The notes under the pieces were generated by a model, which was not told the origin of the DNA, made no database searches, and saw nothing but the letters and a program-made list of their open reading frames with translations. The translations under genes were made by a program, and so were the position numbers. This document shows positions 50,499-64,000 of a stretch of DNA of 64,000 nt, in pieces. Each line of letters begins with the position of its first letter. Positions within the stretch are counted from its first letter, which is position 1. The stretch is from Antedon mediterranea (Eukaryota; Animalia; Echinodermata), in contig NC_092673.1 in assembly GCF_964355755.1 (NCBI RefSeq), positions 21,635,648 to 21,699,647 on the forward strand, read 5' to 3'.

Positions 50499-52306
50499 GT
50501 AAGATCACATTATGAAATGTTTTTGTTTTCTTACACGTTAAGCAGTTGCGGCAGTAATAATATTCCTATATCACCTTTATTTGTTTGTTTACTGTATATG
50601 TCACGTAGAGGTTGTGGCTGTTTATATTTTGATATACAGTGGAACTGTCAATTTCATTAGTGGTGTATTGTCAGTTAGTCCATCAATAACATATTATCTG
50701 TACCAAGACCGTCATTTTAGAATTTTCTTACCAGTGTTTAGCATTGGATCACAAGAGTTTTTCCTTACGTTTGCCTCTCCAACCAAGTGTAAATGGGTAC
50801 CTACACAATTGAAGTGCTGATTACTATTGCATAATTATGCGAGCTGTCCATGTGTCCAATGACCAGGGTAATAATGTGAAGATTGACATATAATTGTTAG
50901 GCCTCAGGTGCGGATTGAGAGGGGACTAAACAGGCTTTAGCACCCACTACAATTTAACAGCTATAACATTTTTCTGCAACCCGACAGATTGTTTTTATTA
51001 TGTATGAAATATTTAGCTCCCCCCTCCTATTCTATAATGCTGGATCCACCCCAGGGCCTGGTACCCTGAACATCTCAATATCTTGAAAATCTCATCATTT
51101 TATCTTGAGTTAGACATTCTAGTTTGAAGACAATTTGTAAAATGAAACGTAAATTCTGCCAAAATTTTAAGTGCATTTCATTTTACTATTGCAAAATACA
51201 AGGTATCGCATTTAAGGCAATCAATATTGCCATCATCAAAGACGGTAAAAGTATAATGGATGTTTATTAAAGTGAACGTTTTTTTCTGTTTGCAACAAAG
51301 TAATAAGATATGATATTCCTTTGCCTAGTTGAATACGGTAGTTGTTACTCCTGTTCAACCACAATTTTAACATAATCTTTTAGAAAATAAAACAAAAATT
51401 TTAAACGACTACAGTATTGTCTACAGTATATGCGTCAACATTTAGCGTTAATTATGAAAATTATCTTGAAAACTTTAATGGCAAGGTCATAAAACACCAT
51501 ATTTCTTTTTTTATTCAAATGCGTTATGTTAAATCTTTCTACGTACAGTATGTAGTATGTACACGTTGAAATTACAACCAAACAACATTGTAGGCTACTT
51601 TAGAACTTTAACTGCAGAATTTTTTGTTTTGGTTTGTTAGAAGTGCTTGTTTTCTTGTGCATTTTTTATATTAATTCAGCTGGACATCATGCTGTGTACA
51701 CTGTACTCCTCTCTACCGCTTCAAGATGTGTACGACAGGTTGTCATGGCAATGTCGTAGATTATAGTTGAATTCGTGCTGATGAATAAAACTTATTAACA
51801 CATTAATACCTGAATAGAATTTGATTTTGGAATTGTTTTAATTTGATTAATTGTAAATGAAAGCAAGATCACTAAAAGATAATACTAAACTGTTTTTTTA
51901 AATCTTTTTTTCTGTTGCGTGCCTCACTTACCTGGATAAACTGACATTGCCGTTTCCCTCCGATGAGGAGAACATGTATGTATGAGTTTACCTGGGTTGC
52001 CCACATGGGTTACCCACATGAAGGTGTGGCACTGTCATAGAGGAATATTCAAAGTTGTTGTTTCTTTAAGAGTTATGTTCTCTCCTTGTAGGAGAATGGC
52101 GTATGTCAGTTTATCCAGGTAGTCGGTGTGCATAGAGTACCAACACCCCTGGTGTGTGTATTATTTGGTATTAATTACAGTTTTGTTTGTAGTTAAAACT
52201 TGTTTTTTTTCAAATATAATTTACTTTTTCATTCTTTGTAGATTTGATTTATTTTCTTTTAGTTTTATTTTTGTTTGTTTTTGTTTTACCCTTCTTTCTC
52301 TGACAG

Positions 52307-52396
52307 GTGCCCTCTTTCAGGTGGTGTTGAGGTGTCATATGAACGACAGAACGATAGTTATTTTTGTGTTGAATGTCGTTCATGCAGCGTCTGTAG
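52307..52396 (+). CDS. ABLIM: Putative symmetric cassette exon adding an extra Zn-finger unit (CPLSGGVEVSYERQNDSYFCVECRSCSVC)
   Basis: Long polypyrimidine tract plus gacag acceptor, AG|gtttgt donor, 90 nt, phase 2/2, open and Cys-patterned in the abLIM frame. Confidence 0.65.
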
Positions 52397-52876
52397 GTTT
52401 GTAATTTGCATCCACAAACAATGTTAATATTTAGAGCTCACTTTAAAAAAAACTGCTCAGCTATTAATACCATTTTGCAGTCATAAACTTTAGTATCCAC
52501 AAACAATGTTAATATTTAGAACGCAACTATAAAACTGCTCAGCTATTAATACCATTTTGCAGTCATAATTTTAGTACTTCATATCGTAGAAAAGCAAATA
52601 AATTTATAGTCATATCTGCAAAATATTAACATTTCATAGCTGCAAGTTTGATGTGGTAGGTTTAGTGCATTACTAACATAATTTCTTTAATATTCACATA
52701 AGATACAATACAGTAACCAATATATTATAACGGACATTTATTTGTCTTGCCTGTTTTTATTTAGGTATTTTTTTATTGCACCTTATTTATAGAGGGTGAC
52801 CCTAAACAGCGTATGCTGACAATCAAGGGGCCTCTTGATAAGTTATGATAAAGTTGTTGTGTGTGTGTACAAGTAC

Positions 52877-53058
52877 ATTGGGGTAAACCCCTACTCGTCT
52901 CGAAAGATGTACTAGGTTCTTTAAAGTGCATTCAGATGTGTACACTGGACCTACGGTTTATAGTCCTTATCCAAGAAGACTCTTTCTACCACCAGAACCA
53001 CTCAGGCTTGAACCCTTGCTGATGTTCCACTGTCTTAACCGCTTGTCCACCCACTCAC
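52877..53058 (-). mobile_element. tRNA-Deu SINE copy
   Basis: cccctactcgtctcgaaagatgt...gtccttatccaagaagac...cttaaccgct matches the family in reverse. Confidence 0.75.
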
Positions 53059-54349
53059 TATGTGAGTACTATGTTTCCCAGAATGGATGAGGATGCATTA
53101 AAAGGCTACGTCTGTGAATAAATGTTAGCGTTTACTAGCAAATACAATTCCTAGAATTTGAAAATGATGAGGATTCCAGATGTAATAGAGAAGAGAGCAC
53201 GTCATATTGTATACTCGGTCACTAATTTAAATTATACAAAATTTTGTTTATTTTCTTCCGAAATAAAGAATTGAATTGAATAATTTCAATTGAATGCTAC
53301 TTGAACTAGAATTTAAATATGGTTTAGATGCTACTGTACTGTAAATTTCAAGAGAGATGTGTAGCTAAACTCAATTTTATTAGCTGGAAACTAATAACTT
53401 ACCTTGTATATAACTTTTTTTTTGTATCAAGGAGAATGCTACATAATTGTAAATGCACACAACTTTTTCAATGAAAATTGATGGCATATAATATTCCAAT
53501 GTACAATAACTAATTATCTAGGTTGAATGCTATACTTTATCATCAGTGTTCCTGTTAAATCTGTATCATCTGTTTATAATTGATTTTAAAAAATGTCCCT
53601 GTGTATTTAAAAATCATGCTTCCATGTTAAGCAAAATAATTTACCCTTGGTTTTCAAGACATTAAAAAATGCCAAACATGTCATAATCAAGGTATTGTAT
53701 TATTTCATGCGTTTGTTTTTGCACATTTTTGCTTAATCCATAAATTCAGAAAAGGACTCATTGAATCTCTAATTTTAATTATCCAGAGGGACACTGGTGG
53801 AAATCCAAAGTGGTGTGGTATATTTTAATTATTTTATATTTTTTCCACTATCTTTTTGGGCGTGGTCATAGGCAAAGTTTTATACTGTCTTTCTGTGATT
53901 TTTTTTGGCTGCTCGAAATCTTTTCCCCCAAATATGCAAAATGGATTAACACCCTTGTAGAAAGAATGCTTCTCTCCATCCCCCACACTCTCCTTTTCCT
54001 AAATTATGATTAAAATAATGATGATGAAAAAGCAAATAAATTTGTACACACCATAAACAGCCCCAATAAGCATCCCTTCCCTTTTTTTTTACAATCTGGA
54101 TATACAACTGTTCCCAAATCAATTTTTTTTTAAAGTGATGCAGAACTGGTTATTTTTATGTAAGTTGCCTGGACCTCTTTGTACCCCTGTACATCACCGC
54201 AATACTGATGATGGGGCCGGATGTAGGAGAATGAGTCACCATTAGACCATGCCCATGGCTGTTCACTAATGAGGATAAAGACACTAATTAACGAAGAATA
54301 AGTTAACGAATTGCACTGGTAATCAGATATCTAAATTGTCGTCTTTCAG

Positions 54350-54522
54350 TGTTCCGATGGCCCCAGGTGAGAAGGTCACATACAATGGGTCGGATGTTTT
54401 GTGTGGTAATTGTGTCGCAAGAGAAGAACTTTTGTCATCCTCCTCGTCCTCATCGAGTAAAGCAACACCTCCGACAATGAAGAAAGCTACCAAAGTTACT
54501 AATGCAAGTGATGAAAACACAA
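54350..54522 (+). CDS. ABLIM: abLIM exon, LIM2 end and linker (VPMAPGEKVTYNGSDVLCGNC...)
   Basis: ctttcag acceptor, A|gtaagt donor; matches abLIM PFxPGxxVTFNGxxxLC. Confidence 0.92.
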
Positions 54523-57500
54523 GTAAGTAAATTCAGTATTCTTTTAGATTTATTCTCTGTCAATGCCTGTCTGTAAAAAAAAATGTTCTTGAAGCATCAG
54601 CTATAACAGTGTTGTAACGGCTATGAGCGCTCACTGGCTAAACCCAGGGCTAAGCTTATGGGGCTCTTGAGCAGGGCCCAGAACAAAAACGGGCATTAAA
54701 ATATGTCGAAAAAGTCTAAAATCTCCCAAGGCCTCCAGCGTTAGAGGGCCACTTAGGGTTCCTAAACCAGGGGCCCCAGGTCTCTATGTTACGCCACTAT
54801 CTATAATACAAAGCCTTTGTTGCGATACCGTAAGAAAGTAGATGGAAGGGTACAATCATTTATACAAAAGGTTAATTTGTGCATGTACACTGTTCCGTTG
54901 TATTGTTGGATATACTGTTTTTCCACACCCCCACAATGAAAACTTGCTGTTAGTAGGCCGTCTACAGTCAATTTTTTATTTGGGTGAACAAATATGTATG
55001 CATTTTGGAATATTTAGTTAAATCAATTCATTCTTTCATCAGTGGGAAATAATTTCCATTTATTGTCATATGCATATAAAATATACATAGAAATTATATT
55101 TGCTCTGAGATATACAAAAAAAGATAAATAAAAACAATTCTAAAGTATCACATCACTCTCGTACACTACTGACAAGCATTCAGTGCTCCAATGGCAGCTG
55201 GATAAAAACCTATTTGTAAGAGAAATGATGGACCGGTAAACGTCTACCTGCCATATAACACCTATACATTATGTAATACATTTGCGACCTTTTTTACCCT
55301 GGAAAAAATATTAGTTTTTTAAAAACTTTAAAAGTTAAGTAAAAATGTTGGTAGTGTTCTCACTGCCTTGTAAATTATTTGAATTTAAAAAAAAATATTC
55401 AAACCAGTTACCATTGCAACATATTATTAGCTATAACGTTATTACGGTATGTGAAGTAACCTAGTGCTTTCATAACTAGACAAGCTACAATCAATATTTA
55501 CTGTCATATTTCAAATTTAAATAATTGTTTGATTTATAGCTCCAATTTAAATCCCATAATCTAATCAATTGCATTTCTTTTTGAGTTAATCTACTTTGCC
55601 CACCTCGCTAAATGAAAGGTTTCGCTACTAATGTTAAATTAAGTATACGTAATTATTTTATAATGTCCAGTAAAAGCCATGATGTAATGGTTAATTAATC
55701 CAAGACTTTATGCAGAGAATACATCTGGGAGTTTTAATTCAATGCAACTGCCTATGTACTATTGCAGTTACTGTTAAATAGCATTATATTAGTATTTGAT
55801 TATGTACAGTATTGTATTTATCTATTGTAAATGAACTTCATCCAAAACGCACGATCTGAATCGACTTGACGTTACTTAATAGAGTCGCTTATTGATTTTT
55901 TTTTTATTATGAAATTCTATCAATTGTAAATTGAAATGTGAATGTGAATGAATTTAAAACTAATCTACATGAAATATTTGCTGTTACAGTACTACCTACA
56001 TTGTTATTGATCATCAAATTTACTGTTTGAATATGCCATAGTGAATAGACTAACAAATTATTGTAGTACTGTAGTAGTAATTGTGTTTAGTATACATAGT
56101 AGCCAGGATGCGATTTGTTTTTTTTGCGTACATAAGTTGGAGACCCCTTATGTAAAAGATAGCCGAACTACTTCCTAAATATAATGAAATAATCTCTGTA
56201 AAGTAAAAAGATGTTGCTCATGAGATTCGAACCCATACATCAACATGTAGAGTCCATAGTTTAATCCACTCGACTACACAAATGGATCGACAGAAAGCAT
56301 TTGCATTGGCGAATTGTAGTTAGCTCAATTCTGACATCACACCTTATGGATATGACTAATGAATATTCATGTTTATTTTGTGACGTTTCATGAGGGGTCC
56401 CAAGTTATATACAAAAACAGGGGGGTTTCCCTCCACAAACATGACACCTTCATACCCACATACCAGACAAGAGACTAATATTTAGCTCCAATCATTATCA
56501 GTTATTTTTCTGTACTATAGTTTGACAGGGCGCCTTTTTTCCTGCACTTTTCTACTACTAAGATATAAAATATACAATAGATTTTTATTAACAACCTTAA
56601 TTAGAGAAAACTGGTTGTTCAACAGACTTTTGAGGATAATTGGCTATTTACTATATTTATACTACATAATATGTTGCAAGTTTCCTTTTCTCTCATACTG
56701 TTTCTGACAATAGTTTATATTGTGTCTGAGGAACCTTGCTATTTGACAAAGCTGAAACATAAACATTACCTAATTGTATAATGCCAACCATCTCTTTTCA
56801 TAGCCTACTCATTACACAGAGCACATCAAAACACATTCACGCTGCAACTGACGTGTGTTTACATATTAACAATACTTGTCCACAGATGCGCAGATTTACG
56901 GCTTGTTGAGTATACAAACGCTATTAATATACCTTGACAGATGCTGTCTGCTGTACAGTTTAATATAACAAGTACAGTTTAATATAACAAGTCACATTGT
57001 GCGTCGTATATATTAGCCAGGCACATATTAACAATGATTTAGTACATATATATATACATTTCTATTTATTAAATGTGGAATTGCAGGTTTTATGTTTTAC
57101 TTTGAAACTAATCTAATTCCTTTTTAAATGCATTTAAAAATAGCTCCTGTAGCCTTATAGGCAAGGAGTTATTTGTATTTAAACACTAGTAGAATCATCA
57201 ATGGAGTCATCATTTCATAACCTGTTTCAGCACTTGGTTGTATTTAACTTATATTGCTTGTAACATCCATTTCTATGTGTTTATTATCAGATCATTTTGA
57301 ATAGTATTATGCATATACTTAGTATAAATCTTAGTGTTAAACTTTGCACATACATTAAAGCAAACAGAGTTTAATATTGATTCATCCATCATGTTGTCTT
57401 CAATGATTTATAAGAACATGCATTGAATTTAAGTATTAACAATGAATGCTTAGAACAGGGAGTTGCTTAGAATATCTGTTTACTTCATATTTCTCCCTTT

Positions 57501-58180
57501 CAATATGTTGTAACAACAGGGAAGAGTCAAATTACAATTAATGTGATATATACCTGTAAATGTAATTGTACTCTTCCTTGGTTGTACTGAACAGTTAGCA
57601 AGCACATACCGTATTCAGGATTTGTATAAAACTTTTCTTTTTTTCACAAAATGGGCAAAAATTGTCATCAGCTTGCTTAGGCTTAAAATGCTATTTACCA
57701 TCATTTACACTGCATAGGTTCTAGCACTTCCAACAAAAACTATGGTTTAATTTTCCTTCCCCCCATCCCCATTTCCTCCTCTACGCCTTTGCTTACCATA
57801 AGTATTATCATTAACAATTTGATTGAAATATAATATGAACAATTAAGAAGATTTTTAAGATTATGTGGAATATTACAGATTAATATTTTTAATTCTCTGT
57901 ATTTAGGCATTACAAAAAAGGGTGTGTTTTTTTAGTCATCATTTAAAAAAGCCAAGACAGACTTGGAAAGCAGGAAGTAGTGAACGATTGGTTTAGGAGG
58001 AGGTAGAAAGTGTTTAGCACTACGGCTCAGTAGCGGATTCAGGATTTTGAAATAGGGGGCCCAGGGCCTAAAAATGGCAAATTTCCTATGTTTTGCTTTA
58101 CAATTATCCAAATTTAGGGGCCACAGGACCCCATTTAATCCACCTATGCAGCTATTATAATATTGATGTTGTTTTTTTAG

Positions 58181-58307
58181 AATGTAATGGATGCAAACGA
58201 ACACTGAAGTTAAAACAAGCAATCACGGCAGTAGATGCATACTGGCATGTATGGTGTTTTAAATGCTCAATTTGTAGCAAGATATTATCAGCCGAGTACA
58301 TGGCGCA
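58181..58307 (+). CDS. ABLIM: abLIM exon, LIM3 (CNGCKRTLKLKQAITAVDAYWHVWCFKCSICSKILSAEYMA)
   Basis: ttttttag acceptor, CA|gtaagt donor; WHxxCFKC LIM motif. Confidence 0.93.
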
Positions 58308-59255
58308 GTAAGTTAAGCACATAAGTAAATCTTGTTTAGTGCATCCATCCCATAATGCATCATATCTTTCATAAATGACAAATTATTCTTGTTGAATTTT
58401 TTTTTTGTATTTCTATCGGCCGGCCGTTATGAAATGTTATTATCATTTTTGTTTGCTTTTGAAGTTCCAGCTTATTGATATCGTTTAAGAGGATGTTTAC
58501 ATTACACACAGATTTATACATTGCAGTCTATATTTTCAAGTGAATGTGACTGTTATCATTTTAAGGGATAGCCTTAAAAGTGTCAACAATATTAATGAGG
58601 AATGAGTAATTAGTAAATGATATGAATAAATGTACGTCCCTTAAATTCCACATCTCTCCGTTCTCATCACTGTTCTTCACACATTAAGTCTAGCTATCTA
58701 ATGTCTAATAGTTGAAGTAGTGCCAAGTGAATTGCGTTGACTAGCATGCATAAGAATCCAATCATCGCTGTGTCGATGTGTCGATCCATCTATTTGTTGT
58801 TTAACAACACCCATGAGAAGAGTATACAAAATGTAACAATCTCATTAAAATATAGATTTATGGTTATATTAAGTTTATAACGAAAAAGGAAAATCCCAAT
58901 TTGCAATGCATAGTTCTGTGCAGTTTATACACATTTTTTTTATAAACGATTTAATTTAATCAATTATTTTGGTTATAAGTCTATTACATAACTAGATAAA
59001 CCAATAGGCCTTTTCCCCTTCGAGAGGAGAGAACAAAAAGTAAAAATTTTCTTTCTTTTTTATTCCCTTCTAAGTATGTGGTATTTTCGTGACCGTGCCC
59101 TCAGGTGACCAGCAACGCCACCATTTTAGGTCCAAATCATATTGACTAGTAAATACAGTATGATACGTGAAAAATGTTTTTAAAAAAAATGTGATTTATA
59201 ATGTGTCAATTTACTCAAGATTTTGATTTAGTTTTATTAACGTTGTTTTTTGAAG

Positions 59256-59349
59256 GAATGGTAAAGTTTACTGTGAGAAAGATTACCTTGAAAAATTTGG
59301 AGTGAAATGTGCGAATTGTGACAGATTTATCGCAGGAAAAGTTTTACAG
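59256..59349 (+). CDS. ABLIM: abLIM exon, LIM3 end and LIM4 start (NGKVYCEKDYLEKFGVKCANCDRFIAGKVLQ)
   Basis: ttttgaag acceptor, CAG|gttagt donor; YCEKDY..FGVKC..C..FIxGKVL abLIM motif. Confidence 0.93.
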
Positions 59350-60769
59350 GTTAGTACAAAATGCATCTTGTCCTATCCACTCCAAAAACACCCTTTTTAT
59401 ATCTTATCCTAAGGGAGTTTTTTGCCAAAGCATATCATTGGTTTGCAACCAGCTTCTTCTGTCCACATCAGTCACTGTCAATTCAAGTCATGCAAAAACC
59501 ATGGAAGAGTGAGTTCCCTGCAAAAACATATCATTTTTTAAACAGAATTTTTTTAATGAAATAATGATGTTAATTTAATTTAAGTTATGTAATACTTTCT
59601 AACTACACAGATAAAATATCGTATTATTATCTTTTTAGACATTTTTGAAATGTGAAATAAATGTGGCTTTCTCCCACAAAAGAGAACAAACAAAAATAAT
59701 GGAATTGAATTTAAGAAGTTGACAACTTCACCTTTCATAGATTAATTTGAATATTACAGACAAATATGAAATGACAGTCTTGGTTTACTTTAGACTGTTA
59801 TATGATAACAAGTGTGCCTTAGGCAGCATCTGCATTCCTTTGCCATTTATTTCAAAACCAAACTATTTTTTATAGGCAAGTTTTTTCATCATTTCATTCA
59901 CATTTATTTGAAACAGGCTAAGAAAAAAAACAAGTATACATTTACAATAAGTTAAATGGTTACAATAATAGAAGCTGTTTCAGGGATCGAAAATAAAAGT
60001 AAAAGGACTTGTGTTATACCAATGTGTTATACCAACCCCTAAACAGAAAAAAGACAAATAAACAACTGCATGATGACATCAAGTTATTAATTGCTTATCA
60101 TATAATAACAAAGTTGTAATTTATTAAATATTACCTTTTTCATTTTGTGCTCTATTTTTATACATGGTTTTAATTATCATTTTTTTAAAACTTTTTTTTT
60201 TTGGGTGCCAAAATACTTACACAAATCCTGAAATCCATGTATACTCTACAATATTTTGTTTAATAATTCTATAGTTGTCAATGATTATGGAACGTATATA
60301 GCATCTCTGTATCCTCATCATCAATATTGCAAAATGTATTATTTAATAACCTTGCAGGGTTTTTTGGTCCCACGATTTAATTAAGAAAGCCTCTAGCCTG
60401 GGCTCAAAAGCATAATTGCTGCATATTATCTGTCTCTGTTCTAACAGAATTCTGAACTTGAGTCTGATTTTAATTATTTTTTCCCACCTTCTGTGTTATT
60501 GATATTTCATTGCTAAATATAAACACCATACACTAGTTCAATATGTAGCATTGTTTTGATTTGTAAAAGCTTTTGTGTAACATACCACAGTCTATAGTTG
60601 ACTACGAGTATAATAGGGTCCAGAATTATTGATTGGAAGTTCAGTTGTAAAATTAATTAATGTGAGTGAATTATTGAAATGTGCATCAACAAGGTTAGGA
60701 TAATTCCTACCAGTAGAAATATGGATATATTAAATATTAAATAATGATTTTGTTAGTTCAAAGAATAAT

Positions 60770-61082
60770 AATAATAATATCCTGGATTTATATACCGCCT
60801 AATGTTGTGAATCCTCTAAGCACTGAACATTATTACCCCAGTCATTTTTTTTGGATCAAACATGTATAGAAGCATACTCCCATAATGCAGCTAGAATAAT
60901 CAGCGGAAAGTTGTGTCTTGATCTAAACCGGGTACCCATTTATACACCTGGGTGGAGAGAGGCAAACGTAAGTATAAAGTATCTTGCTTATGGATACAAG
61001 CAATGCACCGAATGTTGGATTCAAACCTTGATCTCGCGATCAGTAGTCCAACGTCCAACACACTGCGCCACACGCCCTCGCA
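60770..61082 (-). mobile_element. Second tRNA-SINE family, near full-length copy
   Basis: High similarity to 11923-12140, with a (TTA)n tail on the minus strand. Confidence 0.75.
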
Positions 61083-61815
61083 GTACTGTGCCCCGCAGTC
61101 TACATTACTTTATATTAATATAGATAGTTCAGTAAAAATTAAACTGTTACATGATGATCTACTTATATATAAACGACAATATTATTCATAATTTATATAA
61201 TATTTATATTTATTTAAATTTGTTTAGATTGTTTTTGAATGACAGATTATCTCTGACCAATAGACAGCATTGTGATTGACACTTTGCCTTTGACCAATAG
61301 TCTGCTGTTGATATTCGTATTCATACTGATATATCGTAGTAAATAATTCCAATTAAGTTTGAAGTATGCCTATGAAATATAATAACAGATATCTACTAGA
61401 GTTATTCAAATTACAATAATTATCTTTCTTTGGCTAAATACGTCAATATTAGGTCCTCCTCCTAGCTGATTCTTTGTACTGTATCTAAATAATTTGTACA
61501 GTATGATATCAGGAAGTTAGTCTGGGTTCCAGCTGGAGTTTTGACTTAATATTAGTAAAAAGATAAATATTTTGGCACATATGGCGTTTCATACGTATAC
61601 TACTTGAGCTTGTATTTAAAGATAAAAATCAAAATAAAAAAAAATTAATAAAAAAGACAATAAATACGAACTTGGAAGGAAGGTATAAATTTCCCTTTTC
61701 AAAACCATGCAAGTCAAAATGTATTATGTTGACATTTACCAAGACCATATCAATATTGATATAATAATTTGTATAATAGATTAATTGTTTATACAAAGCA
61801 AACAGCAATTAGAGT

Positions 61816-62085
61816 AAACTTTATTCATATCGTTGATCAAGTATTGTTAATATTCTATATTGAGAAATGCATATTAATGAAAAACAAGTATTGCATTGAA
61901 AGATTAATTTCAAGAGATTATAATAAGTTTAACTGACTATCTTTTTTATTAGAATAAACTTTATTCATATCGTTGATTAAGTATTGTTAATATTCTATAC
62001 TGAGAAATGCATATAAATGAAAAACAAGTATTGCATTGGAACATTTATTTCGAGAGATTAAAATAAGTCTTACTGACTATCTTAT
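61816..62085. repeat. About 140-bp tandem duplication
   Basis: taaactttattcatatcgttgat...gtattgcattg repeated at 61816 and 61956. Confidence 0.8.
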
Positions 62086-62376
62086 TTTGACGTACAGTAT
62101 TTGATTAAAGTAATAATTTGATTTAATGAAAACATTATAGATACATCCAAACCTATTTAGACTTTATTATTATAGACATTATGAAACACTTCTATCATTG
62201 TCTAACAAAAGTCTCATCATGTTGTTACAAATGATATGGTAACATTTTAAAAGAAGGACACAACAAACTGAACTTTACATGTGGGACCCACAAAGTAAAC
62301 ATGAATAATACCAAGGTATTAAAATTATTTATTTTATTTATTTTACGATGATTTTAAACTGTCATTCTGTGTTCAG

Positions 62377-62464
62377 GCTGGACAGAAGCAATACCATCCA
62401 ACATGCGCCAAATGTGGACGTTGTGGATATTATTTTACAGAAGGGGAAGATATGTTTGTGCAAG
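62377..62464 (+). CDS. ABLIM: abLIM exon, LIM4 (AGQKQYHPTCAKCGRCGYYFTEGEDMFVQ)
   Basis: gttcag acceptor, G|gtaagt donor; YHPxCAxCxxC..FxEGExM abLIM motif. Confidence 0.93.
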
Positions 62465-63000
62465 GTAAGTTCATTAACATCATTTACATAATAGATATTT
62501 GCATAAGTCAACCATAATGACACTAATGTAAATATACAGTACCAACTGTGGCCTCATTAATATTGATAGCAGATTGTTATCTAAATAGTGTAACTGTAGT
62601 TGTATCAAGCGGTTAAGATAGGGGCACTGCAAACCACAGTCATAATCAAGGCACTTAAACTGAACCCATGTGCATCTTTCGGAAAGAGTAGAGTTACCCC
62701 AGTGTTCTGGTGCATTTCAGGTCATTTGTCATGAAATCACTTTGCTACAGAAACAATAATAGGATGAAAAAAGTAGTAAAACTGTGGTAACACTAATCGA
62801 TTTAAAATGCCATGATTATGATGTCATCATCATTGTTAGATTATAACCATTCCCTTAAAACTTCATAAATGTACACATATTTGAAAATGAGCAGTCATTG
62901 ATATATAATTAATAATCAAATGTAAATCAACTCAAAATCTTTATTTGTTCCATATATAAAAAATGTGTACATGGAAAGATTGTTGTGGTTTTATTTTCAG

Positions 63001-63053
63001 GTACTGAAATTTGGCATCCCAACTGCAGTAAAGCCAATGGCTATATTGACAAA
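63001..63053 (+). CDS. ABLIM: abLIM exon, LIM4 end (GTEIWHPNCSKANGYIDK); gene continues past window
   Basis: attttcag acceptor, AAA|gtaagt donor; GxxIWHPxC motif. Confidence 0.9.
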
Positions 63054-63426
63054 GTAAGTACGATAAAAATAGTATAAATAATAGATAAATAATCATCTTC
63101 CCGAATCAAACAATATATTAGGAGCATGCTCAGTTTGTACTCAATTTCCATAAAACATAAATTTGTATTAATCAGTTCAGTTCTTAAAGTAGAGTAATCA
63201 ACTTAAAATGCAATATGTATTGAATTCTATAAATAAGTTTAATCTGAGCTACAAGTAGAAAAGATAAACTAGAACAAAATAATGTTTAATAATATGTCTG
63301 ATCTACTTGTAAAGATTTCAAAGACTATTCATGTATTTTTAAGCATGTACAGTATATAAAAATATGTTTTGCTCATCCCCTCCACTGTTAAACTTACTTA
63401 TGATCCAGGGGACAATAACATGAATT

Positions 63427-63727
63427 TACTTAATATCACCCAGGATAATCTTAATATCATCCAGGGTATTCTTTAATATCATCCAGGGTAATCTGAATAA
63501 TATCCAGGGTAATCTGAATAATATCCAGGGTAATCTGAATAATATCCAGGGTAATCTTAATATCATCCAGGGTAATCTAATGTCATCAAGGGTAATCTTA
63601 ATATCATCCAGGGTAATCTTGCTATCATGTAGCAAAATCTTAATATCATCCAGGGTAATCTTGCTATCATACAGTGTAATCTTAATATCATCCAGGGTAA
63701 TCTTGCTATCATCCAGGGTAATCATGC
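63427..63727. repeat. 21-bp minisatellite, about 14 copies
   Basis: ATCATCCAGGGTAATCTTAAT variants. Confidence 0.9.
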
Positions 63728-64000
63728 TAGAGGCATGATCACTCAGAGCTACTTATCGTTGATTATTTTTATTTAGCAATTCAAACGATTTATTAATGAA
63801 ATACATTTTTTTTTAGTTTTCAGAAGCAAGTAAAAAAGAAAATGCTGTACTGTATGACTACAATCAGAATAATCCTTATGTAAGAATGTATTTTTAGATG
63901 ATTTAAACAGACACCATTTAAAATTCTTCGTGAGAGAAAATGTCCAGGAATTATCGATTGTTCTGTACTGCAAAGAAATTGTTCTAATTCCAAAAAAGTA

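Noticed and set aside
56210-56290. tRNA gene on the minus strand
   Set aside because: Only A/B-box-like remnants (GGGTTCGAATC) and no complete cloverleaf; likely an old SINE head.
63426-63725. 99-aa ORF with ITLDDIK repeats
   Set aside because: Antisense translation of a 21-bp intronic minisatellite.

Overview
AT-rich, repeat-dense animal (invertebrate-like) genomic DNA with GT-AG spliceosomal introns; it is not prokaryotic and has no CRISPR array. Two plus-strand genes were rebuilt by hand with phase-consistent splice sites. (1) An apparently complete ALMS1 (Alstrom syndrome 1) orthologue: 11 coding exons over 14869-30820, about 2328 aa, with a 4.4-kb exon and the C-terminal ALMS motif. (2) The 5' part of an actin-binding LIM protein gene (abLIM/unc-115) from 36293 to beyond the window end, covering four LIM domains. 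The rest is MITEs (TAA- and TTAA-flanked), tRNA-derived SINEs, an RTE LINE fragment, a foldback palindrome, minisatellites and a 5S rRNA-derived copy. Most notable: a 90-nt symmetric cassette exon that would add an extra zinc finger inside abLIM LIM2; a minimal Penelope-type hammerhead ribozyme antisense in an abLIM intron; a minisatellite seeded by the ALMS1 stop-codon region; a possible 5S+tRNA+Deu composite SINE; a decayed antisense ORF in ALMS1 intron 1 with tentative tyrosine-recombinase-like motifs; and RFX X-boxes upstream of ALMS1. All homology calls are from recalled motifs, not database searches.
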